From IMG/VR virus record IMGVR_UViG_3300044709_000083, positions 1 to 44,734 of that record: a DNA stretch of 44,734 nt. One strand, given 5' to 3'. Origin of the DNA: a virus. Taxonomy: Duplodnaviria > Caudoviricetes. The notes beneath the pieces are model-generated. The model had not been told where the DNA came from, did not search any database, and was given only the letters and a program-made list of their open reading frames with translations. The first letter of the stretch is position 1. Each line of letters begins with the position of its first letter. A program made the position numbers and the translations under genes. Positions 8,382 to 16,105 of the stretch are shown here, one piece after another.

Positions 8382-8605
8382 GGCCGTCCTCCTGCGCGAT
8401 GCACGTCACCATGCGATATAGGCACAGTCCCGCATCAGCAGTGCGCGCGCTTTCAACGGCCCCAGGCCGCGACGTGCGTTGCCGCGCGCTACGAACTCAA
8501 CGCCGGGCGCGCCACGATCCCACAGTGGCCCGGTTGCGTCTCACGGCCGCCTCGCTGCCGGCTCCAGGGTCTCTGGAGAGCGACCAAGCGCGGTCGGTTG
8601 AGGTC

Positions 8606-8633
8606 TTGCGAATGTCGGAGGATTTGTTACAAT
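8606..8633 (+). promoter_or_regulatory. Antisense promoter with extended -10
   Basis: TTGCGA (8606-8611), 16 bp, TACAAT (8628-8633) preceded by TGt. Confidence 0.65.
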
Positions 8634-8639
8634 GGCGGG

Positions 8640-8729
8640 CAGCGGCGCTTTGGAAAACGACCGCCGAATCGCCAACTTGTCCTTGGCATTCCGCCTCGGA
8701 GCCTCAGCAACTCCGGGGCGTTTCTATTT
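8640..8729 (+). ncRNA. Candidate ~90 nt countertranscribed small RNA with three hairpins
   Basis: Lies between a promoter and an intrinsic terminator in a non-coding gap; hairpins at 8642-8664, 8666-8691 and 8692-8720. Confidence 0.55.
8692..8729 (+). terminator. Rho-independent terminator
   Basis: CGCCTCGGAG-9 nt loop-CTCCGGGGCG followed by TTTCTATTT; the U-G pair is valid only on the + strand. Confidence 0.75.
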
Positions 8730-8739
8730 GTCACGCAGA

Positions 8740-8952
8740 TTACACGATTTCGCCGTTCTGTTCAACCTGTTCCCGCTGTCGCGCTTTCTCAATGCGGAGC
8801 GCCCAATACCGTTGGACACACAGCCGCATGTCGCACACCATCTCGTGAAACCGCAGATCGGCGGGATCGCGATCCCGGGTCCAGCAGTAGAGGCACCGAT
8901 AGAGCCGCCGGGTCTCGGGTTTGACGTGCTGATGCCCTACCGGGAAGCGCAT
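8740..8952 (-). CDS. Small zinc-finger-like protein
   Basis: YRCLYC...FHEMVC (C2HC-like). Confidence 0.55.
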   Translation of the reverse strand: MRFPVGHQHVKPETRRLYRCLYCWTRDRDPADLRFHEMVCDMRLCVQRYWALRIEKARQREQVEQNGEIV

Positions 8953-9104
8953 CGCTTCGCCTTCGCTTTCAACCACGCCCAGATCGCGCACTCAGACGGC
9001 TCCATGTCCACGCACGGGCAAATATGCGGAAAGGGACGGAACAGCCCTTTCACCCAATGGCCCAACACAACGGCGACGTTGCCCTGTGGCGCGTCTTCAC
9101 TCAC
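8937..9104 (-). CDS. Small hypothetical protein (55 aa)
   Basis: GTG overlapping the MTase stop; MSEDAPQGNVAVVLGHWVKG...CPC...C. Confidence 0.45.
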   Translation of the reverse strand: MSEDAPQGNVAVVLGHWVKGLFRPFPHICPCVDMEPSECAIWAWLKAKAKRCASR

Positions 9105-9820
9105 GCTGGCTCCGTGCGCTCCCGCTGATGCCCTTCGGCCCGCTGGTGGGCCTGGCGCGCGGCGGCGGCGGCTTCTGGCTCAACGTCATACATCGCGGTC
9201 AAGGCACCCTGTTGCAACCGTCGTGCGGCGATCTCGCAATACCGTTCCTCGCGCTCAATGCCCACACAGGACCGCCCCAGGCGCTTACAGGCCACGAGCG
9301 TGGTCCCGCTGCCCATGAACGGGTCAAGCACCGTCTTGACGCTCTCAGGGGCTTGTAGGAGCGCCCAGCGCATGACGGATTCTGGCTTCTGGGTCGGATG
9401 CCAGCGCTTGCCGTCAGGGTTTCGATTCTCCCGAAAGAGTTTGGCGGGCTGTTCAAAGTTCGTCCACGCCAACTCAAAGTCTGCCATCGTGTCCATTGGA
9501 GACGACTTGACCCACGCCAGCCAACAACGAGACGGAGGCATTCGGTAATAATTCCCGCCCCACACGATTTGAGACGGCGCGAACCGAAGCAGGTTGATGA
9601 GGTCGCCATCGGGGATCGTCTCTGCGTCCCATTCCTTCGCGTCGTCATACATCGGGTTAGACGCCCATGTGCCGCCCGACCAGCGCTCACCGTGACCATA
9701 CGGCGGATCAGTCAGCAAGAGGTCGAACGATTGCGTCCGCAGCCCTTCCCATTGGTCGATCACCTCGCGGCAATCGCCAAAAAAGATGGTCTGCCCGTCT
9801 TGCTGGTAATACGGTTTCAA
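9101..9820 (-). CDS. DNA N4-cytosine/N6-adenine methyltransferase (beta class)
   Basis: DLLLTDPPYG (motif IV), HPTQKP, VLDPFMGSGTT (motif I). Confidence 0.93.
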   Translation of the reverse strand: MKPYYQQDGQTIFFGDCREVIDQWEGLRTQSFDLLLTDPPYGHGERWSGGTWASNPMYDDAKEWDAETIPDGDLINLLRFAPSQIVWGGNYYRMPPSRCWLAWVKSSPMDTMADFELAWTNFEQPAKLFRENRNPDGKRWHPTQKPESVMRWALLQAPESVKTVLDPFMGSGTTLVACKRLGRSCVGIEREERYCEIAARRLQQGALTAMYDVEPEAAAAARQAHQRAEGHQRERTEPA

Positions 9821-9975
9821 CGAATGATCTCAGTCGGTGGCTGCGGTAAAGCGATCGGTGGCGTCCATCCATCGTCCCCAGTGCGCGACAAATCTTTCTC
9901 TTTCCACACGCGCGGCGGGCGGATCACGCGGATGTCCGCAGGGGTGATTGGGCGGCGCGGTTCAACCGGTGGCAT
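9817..9975 (-). CDS. Small Pro-rich hypothetical protein
   Basis: Fills the gap between the two MTases with overlaps. Confidence 0.4.
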   Translation of the reverse strand: MPPVEPRRPITPADIRVIRPPRVWKEKDLSRTGDDGWTPPIALPQPPTEIIR

Positions 9976-10639
9976 GGAATAGATCCTCCACTGCATCGAT
10001 CGGCGCCTGCCTGCGCTGAACGGCTCGCAAGAGGTCGGCTCCCGTGACATGGGTTGGGACGTGCCACGTATCGACGTTGAAGGTGATCGCTCCCGGCCGG
10101 TAGCACACGACGATGGAATCGAACATCGCTGGATCCGCGATTGCTTTCCCGTCTTCTCGCCAGCGCTTCTCATTCAGCCGCGGCACGCCATCCTCGAAAA
10201 ACGTGATGCGCGAATCACAGAACAGCAGATCGCTCGCACCTAGCACTGAGCCAATCCGCAGCACATGCGCCTTGAAGGCTTTCGTCACGCGCAAGGGCAG
10301 CAAAAGCGTCGTCGTGAATCCGTGACGCAGCGCTTGAGACTTCGCCAGATACAGCAACGGCTGAATAAACGGCCCATAGGGAGGATTTGAATAGCCATTC
10401 GTGCCGAAGTCGTGCCACGGCGCGGAGAGTGCATCCGATTCGCCGCAACTGCTCTCAGGACCGAACCAACGAGCGCACAGATGACGCTGAGCGTCGGCCG
10501 TCAAATCGAGATCGAATGGTCCGAAATCTTCATTGAGCTTCTTGAACACCAGTGGCGGCGTTTCCCAACACGCATTGCCGGTCGTCAGATCCTCTTGATC
10601 GGTGCCGCTCGTCATGCGCTTGCTGGTCGCTCTGTTCAT
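9962..10639 (-). CDS. Phage N6-adenine DNA methyltransferase (phage Dam-like family)
   Basis: WETPP..F..L...FGPFDLDL, NPPYG, LLLP, RITF motifs. Confidence 0.88.
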   Translation of the reverse strand: MNRATSKRMTSGTDQEDLTTGNACWETPPLVFKKLNEDFGPFDLDLTADAQRHLCARWFGPESSCGESDALSAPWHDFGTNGYSNPPYGPFIQPLLYLAKSQALRHGFTTTLLLPLRVTKAFKAHVLRIGSVLGASDLLFCDSRITFFEDGVPRLNEKRWREDGKAIADPAMFDSIVVCYRPGAITFNVDTWHVPTHVTGADLLRAVQRRQAPIDAVEDLFHATG

Positions 10640-10662
10640 CTTAAACTTTCAATACTTTGAAC

Positions 10663-10734
10663 GGCGGCGAGGGTCTCCACGCGACGGAAGTGTCGCGCAT
10701 CGGGTCGCCTTAGTCGCCAGATGCCCTCGCCGCC
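10663..10734. other. Intergenic multibranch RNA/DNA structure
   Basis: 11 bp closing stem GGCGGCGAGGG/CCCTCGCCGCC with internal hairpins. Confidence 0.5.
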
Positions 10735-10746
10735 CCCCACTCACAC

Positions 10747-11007
10747 TTACTTGGCTTTGCGAACGGTCGGGCCACCCGGCGTGTTCGCTTCCACCGCCGC
10801 GCTCAGGTCCGCCGCGGACGCCTTGAGGGCATCCGCTTCGGCTTGCACCGGAGCGAGTTCGGCCGCGGTTGCGCCGTTGGCGAGCGCCTGATCGACAGCG
10901 GCCTGGATCCGCGCGGCAATGCCGTTGATCAGGGCCGTGGCCGAGGCCATGACGGTGGTGGTGTTCGTGACGGTGGTGGCGAGATCATCGAGAATCGGTG
11001 AGGGCAT
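10747..11007 (-). CDS. Small Ala-rich helical protein with ANTP motif
   Basis: 86 aa ORF with AAGGAG upstream; ends LSAAVEANTP... Confidence 0.75.
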   Translation of the reverse strand: MPSPILDDLATTVTNTTTVMASATALINGIAARIQAAVDQALANGATAAELAPVQAEADALKASAADLSAAVEANTPGGPTVRKAK

Positions 11008-11034
11008 GTGTCTGTCTCCTTGTGAAGTGAACGG

Positions 11035-11271
11035 TTACGGGGTGTTTGCGTCGACCGCCGCTGTGAGTTTGTCGTCCGCCTCCTTCAGTTGCGCGGCCAT
11101 CGCCGCTTCTTGGGCCGCACTCGCGCCCAGGTTGAGCGCATCGAACCATTTGTCAATCATCGGCTGCACATCCGGCAGGCTGAAGGCCCCGACGAACGTG
11201 ATCGCGTTCCCGCCGATCTGCACGCTGATCTCGGTGAACATCAGGTCGTTATGTGCCATCGTCAGCCTCAC
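11035..11271 (-). CDS. Small protein with C-terminal ANTP motif
   Basis: Ends LTAAVDANTP, like its neighbour. Confidence 0.65.
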   Translation of the reverse strand: MRLTMAHNDLMFTEISVQIGGNAITFVGAFSLPDVQPMIDKWFDALNLGASAAQEAAMAAQLKEADDKLTAAVDANTP

Positions 11272-11360
11272 TTAATGCCGAGCGCTCGGAGCGCATCGAG
11301 TCGGTTCATCTCGCGCCGCACCTGCCAGCGGCGCCAGCGGAACAGCAACCAGTGGATCAC
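11268..11360 (-). CDS. Very small hypothetical protein (30 aa)
   Basis: GTG overlapping the HNH stop; IHWLLFRWRRW... Confidence 0.35.
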   Translation of the reverse strand: MIHWLLFRWRRWQVRREMNRLDALRALGIK

Positions 11361-11710
11361 AGCTTGAACTCCAGAAATCTGCGATCGCCCGTGATGATCA
11401 GTTCGCCGTCGGCCGTCCGAGGGTGAATCGTGATCTTGCCTGCGTGCTCGAGGTCGTGGTGAGTCTGACACAACGGCGCACGATTCTCTGGAGAATATTT
11501 CAGCCGCTTCGATTTACTTCTGTAAACGATGTGATGCTGATGCACGGCCCGTTCCCGACAGCCGGGAATACTGCACTTCCGGCCATAGCGCCGCCAGACT
11601 TCTTCGCGGCACGCCTTCTCCAATTTGTCATTGTCGAGTCGGCGCTCACGTCGGCCTTCGACGCCGGTCTGCCCCTTCGGAATGGCGAGCAGGGAATAGT
11701 CGATACCCAT
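11357..11710 (-). CDS. HNH endonuclease
   Basis: CSIPGC...HQHHIVYRS...PENRAPLCQTHHDLEH. Confidence 0.85.
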   Translation of the reverse strand: MGIDYSLLAIPKGQTGVEGRRERRLDNDKLEKACREEVWRRYGRKCSIPGCRERAVHQHHIVYRSKSKRLKYSPENRAPLCQTHHDLEHAGKITIHPRTADGELIITGDRRFLEFKL

Positions 11711-11844
11711 TAGCGTTTCTCTGACTGGCGCTGCACCCGCTCAGTTCCGCACCGTAAGCAACGCGGGTTCCCCTTCACGAATTTATGTCTCGGAAACTTG
11801 AGGCCGTCCCTGACGCACGTCTGTTTCGGTGTCCCACTTGGCAT
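11710..11844 (-). CDS. Small hypothetical protein (44 aa)
   Basis: MPSGTPKQTC...HKF...CLRCG; coupled at both ends. Confidence 0.45.
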   Translation of the reverse strand: MPSGTPKQTCVRDGLKFPRHKFVKGNPRCLRCGTERVQRQSEKR

Positions 11845-12035
11845 CACACGCCCCAGAAGCGCTCAGTCAGCACCGCCCGAGCGCGAGCCGCCGCCGGCGT
11901 CAATAACCACGCCACCCGCACGGCCTTCCGTTGCCGTTGGGTATACCGCCGCTGTTTCGCGGCCCAGGCGGATCGGCACAGCGCACACCGGCAGCCCCGC
12001 TTGCTGTAGCCGCTGGTTGTGCCATGCGTGAACAT
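11844..12035 (-). CDS. Small HGT..GY..GCRC zinc-finger protein
   Basis: MFTHGTTSGYSKRGCRCALCRSAW, a motif seen in phage proteins. Confidence 0.65.
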   Translation of the reverse strand: MFTHGTTSGYSKRGCRCALCRSAWAAKQRRYTQRQRKAVRVAWLLTPAAARARAVLTERFWGV

Positions 12036-12196
12036 CACTGCACGCGCCAGACGTAGAACACCACGGCAATCGTCTGGAAGTAGGCCAACTCGAATGCGCG
12101 ATGGAAGTCGTGTGCTGGCACCAAAGCGGCCCACACGAAATTGCCCGCAGCGAAAGCCGCACAGAACCAGAGAGCTTTGCTCCACTTGGCGCTCAT
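12035..12196 (-). CDS. Small two-TM membrane protein (53 aa)
   Basis: MSAKWSKALWFCAAFAAGNFVWAALV...LAYFQTIAVVFYVW; overlaps neighbours by ATGA/TGATG. Confidence 0.5.
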   Translation of the reverse strand: MSAKWSKALWFCAAFAAGNFVWAALVPAHDFHRAFELAYFQTIAVVFYVWRVQ

Positions 12197-12372
12197 GACG
12201 CCACCACTTCCGGCTTCGGCCCTTTGGCCGGGCGCTTGGCGGCTTGAGGCTTTCGCAAGCGCCGCAGTTCTTCTATCGCCACTTCCAACCCACTCACATC
12301 GTTCTGACGCGCAGTCACGATGGAGAGTCGCTTCGCTTCCAACGCCTGTATTGCCCGGTCGATCTGACTCAT
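12193..12372 (-). CDS. Small coiled-coil hypothetical protein
   Basis: MSQIDRAIQALEAKR...LEVAIEELRRL. Confidence 0.55.
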   Translation of the reverse strand: MSQIDRAIQALEAKRLSIVTARQNDVSGLEVAIEELRRLRKPQAAKRPAKGPKPEVVAS

Positions 12373-12380
12373 CTTCGCCA

Positions 12381-13055
12381 CTACAGCACCTCTGGCGCTT
12401 CGGTTATCATCGTGAAATGGCCCAACCGCGCCGCCAGAAAGGCCGTCCGCTGCACATCCGCGAGGCAATGGCTCTTGACCTGGTCCCACTCGCCCGCGGC
12501 CACCAGCGCGCCAATCTGTGCCCCCTGGACGCTATCAGGGACATCGATCCCGAACCGTCTCGTGTAGAACGCCAAACTGCGGGCTTTGAGCTTGCCGGCG
12601 AAGCTCAGTTCGTCCATCAGGTCCGTGACACGAGGATGCTTGAAGCGGTCGATCTGCACCAGCGGAGCTCGCACGCCCAAATACAGCGACCGTCGCAAAA
12701 GCACCGGGAGGTCAAAGCCGAGACAGTTGAACCCGACCAGATGATGATCGCCGGCCGTCATCCAGAACAAGGCAAGCATCTCGGCTTCGGCCGCGGCCGT
12801 GCTCAGCATGACTTCTGGTGCCCGTGTCTCGCACTGCCAGCCAATCGCCACGATGCGGCAGAGGTCCACGTCGAGCGCGCATCGGTCCAATTGCTCGGCG
12901 CGAGCCGCCGCGATATACGCAGCAATCTTGATTGGATCTTTGTAGTTGCTCGGGGCGTCCACCGTCACATCGCCCATGTAGGAGGCCGCATCTTCGAGAG
13001 GGGCCGTCTCGATGTCGAAGCAAATCCGCGCCGCGCCGTCGTTGTTGTAACCCAT
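12381..13055 (-). CDS. 3'-5' exonuclease (DEDD/PolB-exonuclease-like)
   Basis: FDIET (ExoI), VGFNCLGFDLPVL (ExoII), HCLADV (ExoIII). Confidence 0.88.
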   Translation of the reverse strand: MGYNNDGAARICFDIETAPLEDAASYMGDVTVDAPSNYKDPIKIAAYIAAARAEQLDRCALDVDLCRIVAIGWQCETRAPEVMLSTAAAEAEMLALFWMTAGDHHLVGFNCLGFDLPVLLRRSLYLGVRAPLVQIDRFKHPRVTDLMDELSFAGKLKARSLAFYTRRFGIDVPDSVQGAQIGALVAAGEWDQVKSHCLADVQRTAFLAARLGHFTMITEAPEVL

Positions 13056-13057
13056 GA

Positions 13058-13471
13058 TCAGAAGGGTATCGAGTCTTCGTCAACGTCTGCCGTGTGATCA
13101 ACTTCCACCGGCGGAGGCGGCGTCTTCGGATTCGGGGTCATGCGTGACATGCCGGCCTTGTTGACCGCTTTGATGCGGATACACTCCACGGTCTCTCCGG
13201 CGAACTCGGTTTCGGTCGGGTAGATGGTAATCGCACTGCCCACCCACTCCTCCGTCAGCGCTGAGCCGGTGATCTCGGTGATCTTCCGAGCGTTCGTCTT
13301 GTTCAAGACCACGCCCTTCTGCTTGCCGACAAAGTAAACAACGGCCTTCATCTCACGGTCACGGCCGACCGGCTCAAACTCCACCGACCGAATCGTGACC
13401 ACGACTGGCCGACCGCCGAGGTCAGACGCCTTCAGGTAATTGCTCGGGAAACTGTCGTTGATATTCGGCAC
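13058..13471 (-). CDS. Putative ssDNA-binding/annealing protein
   Basis: SNYLKASDL...VTI...VYF...LNKTN family motif and an acidic SSB-type tail DEDSIPF. Confidence 0.72.
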   Translation of the reverse strand: MPNINDSFPSNYLKASDLGGRPVVVTIRSVEFEPVGRDREMKAVVYFVGKQKGVVLNKTNARKITEITGSALTEEWVGSAITIYPTETEFAGETVECIRIKAVNKAGMSRMTPNPKTPPPPVEVDHTADVDEDSIPF

Positions 13472-13503
13472 ATGTCACCTCTGATGAAACTGAATGAATC
13501 GGT

Positions 13504-13848
13504 CTAACACTCGTCGTAATACTCCGCCCACGTATCCGTGCCGTTGTCGGCCATTGCCTCAAGACGTTCCTGGCATGTGAGCTTTCTAGCTGGCTCTGGC
13601 TCGTCCTCAAAGACAGGCGCTTGTGGATCTTCCTCCTGCTTGCCGTCCTCGTCAGGCGAGAACCAGAACAGCGGATAATCATCCAAGTCGTAGACCGTCG
13701 CGTGCAGCCATTCGCCGGGATAGACCATCTGCACGATCTCGCCCGTGCGTGTGCTGGAGATGGTCAGCGTGCCCGCTTCGAACATGTCGATGGTGCATTC
13801 GGGCATGGCGAGGGACCCAATGGGCTGTTCGATTAGAATGTGTGTCAT
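13504..13848 (-). CDS. Hypothetical acidic protein
   Basis: ATGA-coupled start at 13848 with GAGGA upstream. Confidence 0.6.
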   Translation of the reverse strand: MTHILIEQPIGSLAMPECTIDMFEAGTLTISSTRTGEIVQMVYPGEWLHATVYDLDDYPLFWFSPDEDGKQEEDPQAPVFEDEPEPARKLTCQERLEAMADNGTDTWAEYYDEC

Positions 13849-14036
13849 TGTCCGTTCCTCACGACGAGATAGCCGTCGCTGTTGCGCTCGCGCTGCGCGT
13901 TGCAACGGTTGATGGCATAGTCGGCCATGCCGAGCACGCGGTGGGCCGCATCGACCGGGACCGGAACAATGATTTCCCGGCGAATCTTGTCGAGGGCGTC
14001 CATCAGTTCGTTGATGATGCGGTCGTGTGTGGTCAT
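13845..14036 (-). CDS. Hypothetical protein
   Basis: 63 aa, coupled. Confidence 0.55.
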   Translation of the reverse strand: MTTHDRIINELMDALDKIRREIIVPVPVDAAHRVLGMADYAINRCNAQRERNSDGYLVVRNGQ

Positions 14037-14380
14037 GATTGCTGCACTCCTGCACAGGCTTTAAGGAACCGATCGGCCGCCACCATGATCGTTTGAAGCT
14101 CGGTCACGCTGACATGAGTGTCATTGAGCAAGTTCTTCGCGACGGACGCCCACGCCAACGTCACGTCTTTGACGAGGTCGGGCAACGGATCGCCCTGATA
14201 CTGATGGCGGACCAGTGCGCCGATCAGTGTCACCGCCGGGAGCAACTGTCGTAGTAAGAGCGAGGCCGCAAACTGTTGCTCCATGGTCGCGGGTTGACTC
14301 TGCACAATAGCCCTTCTTTCATCGGCCAAGGTTGTGACCATCACGGGCGGAAACACCAGCGGCGGTTTGGTCTGCATCAC
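14033..14380 (-). CDS. Hypothetical protein
   Basis: 115 aa, coupled. Confidence 0.6.
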   Translation of the reverse strand: MMQTKPPLVFPPVMVTTLADERRAIVQSQPATMEQQFAASLLLRQLLPAVTLIGALVRHQYQGDPLPDLVKDVTLAWASVAKNLLNDTHVSVTELQTIMVAADRFLKACAGVQQS

Positions 14381-14469
14381 CGTTGATCCGAGAGACCGAT
14401 CAGCACGCCCACGATGAGGCCCGTTACCAACACGCCGATGACGGCGAAGAAGCCGATGAGGCCGGTCAT
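14377..14469 (-). CDS. Single-TM micropeptide (30 aa)
   Basis: MTGLIGFFAVIGVLVTGLIVGVLIGLSDQR; fills the gap exactly with coupled overlaps. Confidence 0.5.
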   Translation of the reverse strand: MTGLIGFFAVIGVLVTGLIVGVLIGLSDQR

Positions 14470-14744
14470 CACGCGATCCCTTCGAGGCATTCTGAACACG
14501 TCACCTTCTCTTTGGTGAGCGTGCGGCCGGTGTCACGATAACTACGTGCACAGCGACCATCGCCCGCCCAATGCCAAATCTCCAGAGAACATTCGGCCTG
14601 CTCGATGGCGGCTACCACTGTCGTCATAATGTCGCCGTCCACCCGCAAGCGCACACAGCCATCGTTCGCATAGGGACGCATGTTGACGACCATCTTCGCC
14701 GCCAGCAACAACTCTTGAAACGCCGCCCGCTCTTTTTGTGTCAT
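14469..14744 (-). CDS. Hypothetical protein with C-terminal Cys motif
   Basis: H...C...VTCSECL. Confidence 0.6.
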   Translation of the reverse strand: MTQKERAAFQELLLAAKMVVNMRPYANDGCVRLRVDGDIMTTVVAAIEQAECSLEIWHWAGDGRCARSYRDTGRTLTKEKVTCSECLEGIA

Positions 14745-14935
14745 ACGCCAGCCTCATACCGCGTCACCGATCGGAGCTTCAGCGCCTTGAGGAGCTTCGG
14801 TCCCGGTGCCCGTCGTGCGTGAATTACGTCGTTGAGATAACTGGCTGAGACGCCCAAAGACTTCGCGGCGCTCACTTGCGAACCGGCCTTGTCCACCAGC
14901 GCAGCCAGCCGCTTCAGAATGTCAATCGAACTCAT
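14741..14935 (-). CDS. Cro-like HTH transcriptional regulator
   Basis: GSQVSAAKSLGVSASYLNDVIHARRAPG HTH_XRE pattern; first gene of the leftward early operon. Confidence 0.85.
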   Translation of the reverse strand: MSSIDILKRLAALVDKAGSQVSAAKSLGVSASYLNDVIHARRAPGPKLLKALKLRSVTRYEAGV

Positions 14936-15031
14936 ACGCCGATACTACACGTATCCGCGAATGTGCGTCAAGCACAAAATGAAATTTATTTTGTTGTCGC
15001 TTTCCCTGAATCCGCGCATATGCTGGAGCGC
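14936..15031. promoter_or_regulatory. Divergent promoter region, both transcripts apparently leaderless, with a central palindrome
   Basis: Minus strand: TTGACG-18 bp-TAGTAT-6 nt-ATG. Plus strand: TATGCT (15019-15024)-7 nt-ATG. Imperfect palindrome ACAAAATGAAATTTATTTTGT at 14974-14994. Confidence 0.7.
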
Positions 15032-16045
15032 ATGAGCACCAACCTCCAATGGGGCGGCATCCACCGCGTCAGCCTCTCCCTGCTCGGCCTACAAGCGCTC
15101 GCCGCCGCCGTGACGCTCCCCTGCTGGCCGCGCATCGGCTTTCACCCGTTCGACGGTAGCCCGCTGTGGTGGCTGCTGCTGCTCGGCTATGGCATCCCGT
15201 GGCTGTGCCTGGTGTCCTGCCCGAGCCGCAGCGCCATCGAACAGCGCATCGCCGAAGTGTTGCTCGCGATGCTGCTGATACTCACGGGCTCGCTGATCGC
15301 CGGCCCCGCGCAATACGTCGTCGTCACCTGGAACCGCCCGCTGATGGATACGCCGCTGCTGGCGCTCGAGCACGGCTTACGCTTCGATGTCCCTCGGCTC
15401 GCGCACTGGATCGGCCACTATCCACAAATCTGCGACTGGCTCGGCTGGGGCTACGGACAGACGACGCCGCAACTGCTGATCCTGCCGGCGCTTTTAGGCG
15501 TCGTGCTCAAGGATAAGGCCGCGATGTGGGAACTCGTCTGGCACGCCACGCTCTGCTCGTTCCTCTGCGTGCTCATCTTCGGCCTCGTCCCGACCGGCGC
15601 CCCCGCTGAGTATTACAACACCGCGCATATCGCCCGCTGGCTCGCACAGCTCCAGAACGGTCAGCCGATCAACGGCCTGCACTACGGCACGCTGCAAGGG
15701 CTGATTTCGTTTCCGTCGCTGCATGTGTTGTGGGCGTGGCTGTTCACCTGGAGCGTGCGCCGGCATCGCTGGCTGTTCGCGATCCTGCTGCCGATCAATC
15801 TGCTGATGGGCGCGGCGACGATTCTGCTCGGGCTGCACTTCGGCGTCGATCTGCTCGGGTCACTGGCCGTGGCGACGGTCAGCGTGGCGTCGTATCGGGT
15901 CGTGTCAGCGCCCGCCCGGTTTCGTCTTTTCGCTCGGATCGTTGAAACGTCGCCGCGCCTGATCTCGCTCAGATGGCTTGACCATCACGCGATCGACACC
16001 CCAACTTCTCGAGCAAATCTGGCACACGATGAAGGTGCCATCTGA
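15032..16045 (+). CDS. PAP2-superfamily multi-TM phosphotransferase/phosphatase (Aur1/Ipt1 inositolphosphotransferase-like)
   Basis: About 7-8 hydrophobic segments; LMDTPL, VPTGAP, ISFPSLHV and ATILLGLHFGVDLLG (SLH...HxxxD catalytic set). Confidence 0.85.
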   Translation: MSTNLQWGGIHRVSLSLLGLQALAAAVTLPCWPRIGFHPFDGSPLWWLLLLGYGIPWLCLVSCPSRSAIEQRIAEVLLAMLLILTGSLIAGPAQYVVVTWNRPLMDTPLLALEHGLRFDVPRLAHWIGHYPQICDWLGWGYGQTTPQLLILPALLGVVLKDKAAMWELVWHATLCSFLCVLIFGLVPTGAPAEYYNTAHIARWLAQLQNGQPINGLHYGTLQGLISFPSLHVLWAWLFTWSVRRHRWLFAILLPINLLMGAATILLGLHFGVDLLGSLAVATVSVASYRVVSAPARFRLFARIVETSPRLISLRWLDHHAIDTPTSRANLAHDEGAI

Positions 16046-16105
16046 CTCCATCATGGAGGGATCATCACTGCCGCAAAACGGGCAGATCGTCTCCTCTGGG
16101 ATCAC
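15905..16105 (-). CDS. Small zinc-ribbon protein
   Basis: CPFC...CQICSRSW; coupled to the upstream gene. Confidence 0.55.
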   Translation of the reverse strand: MIPEETICPFCGSDDPSMMESDGTFIVCQICSRSWGVDRVMVKPSERDQARRRFNDPSEKTKPGGR

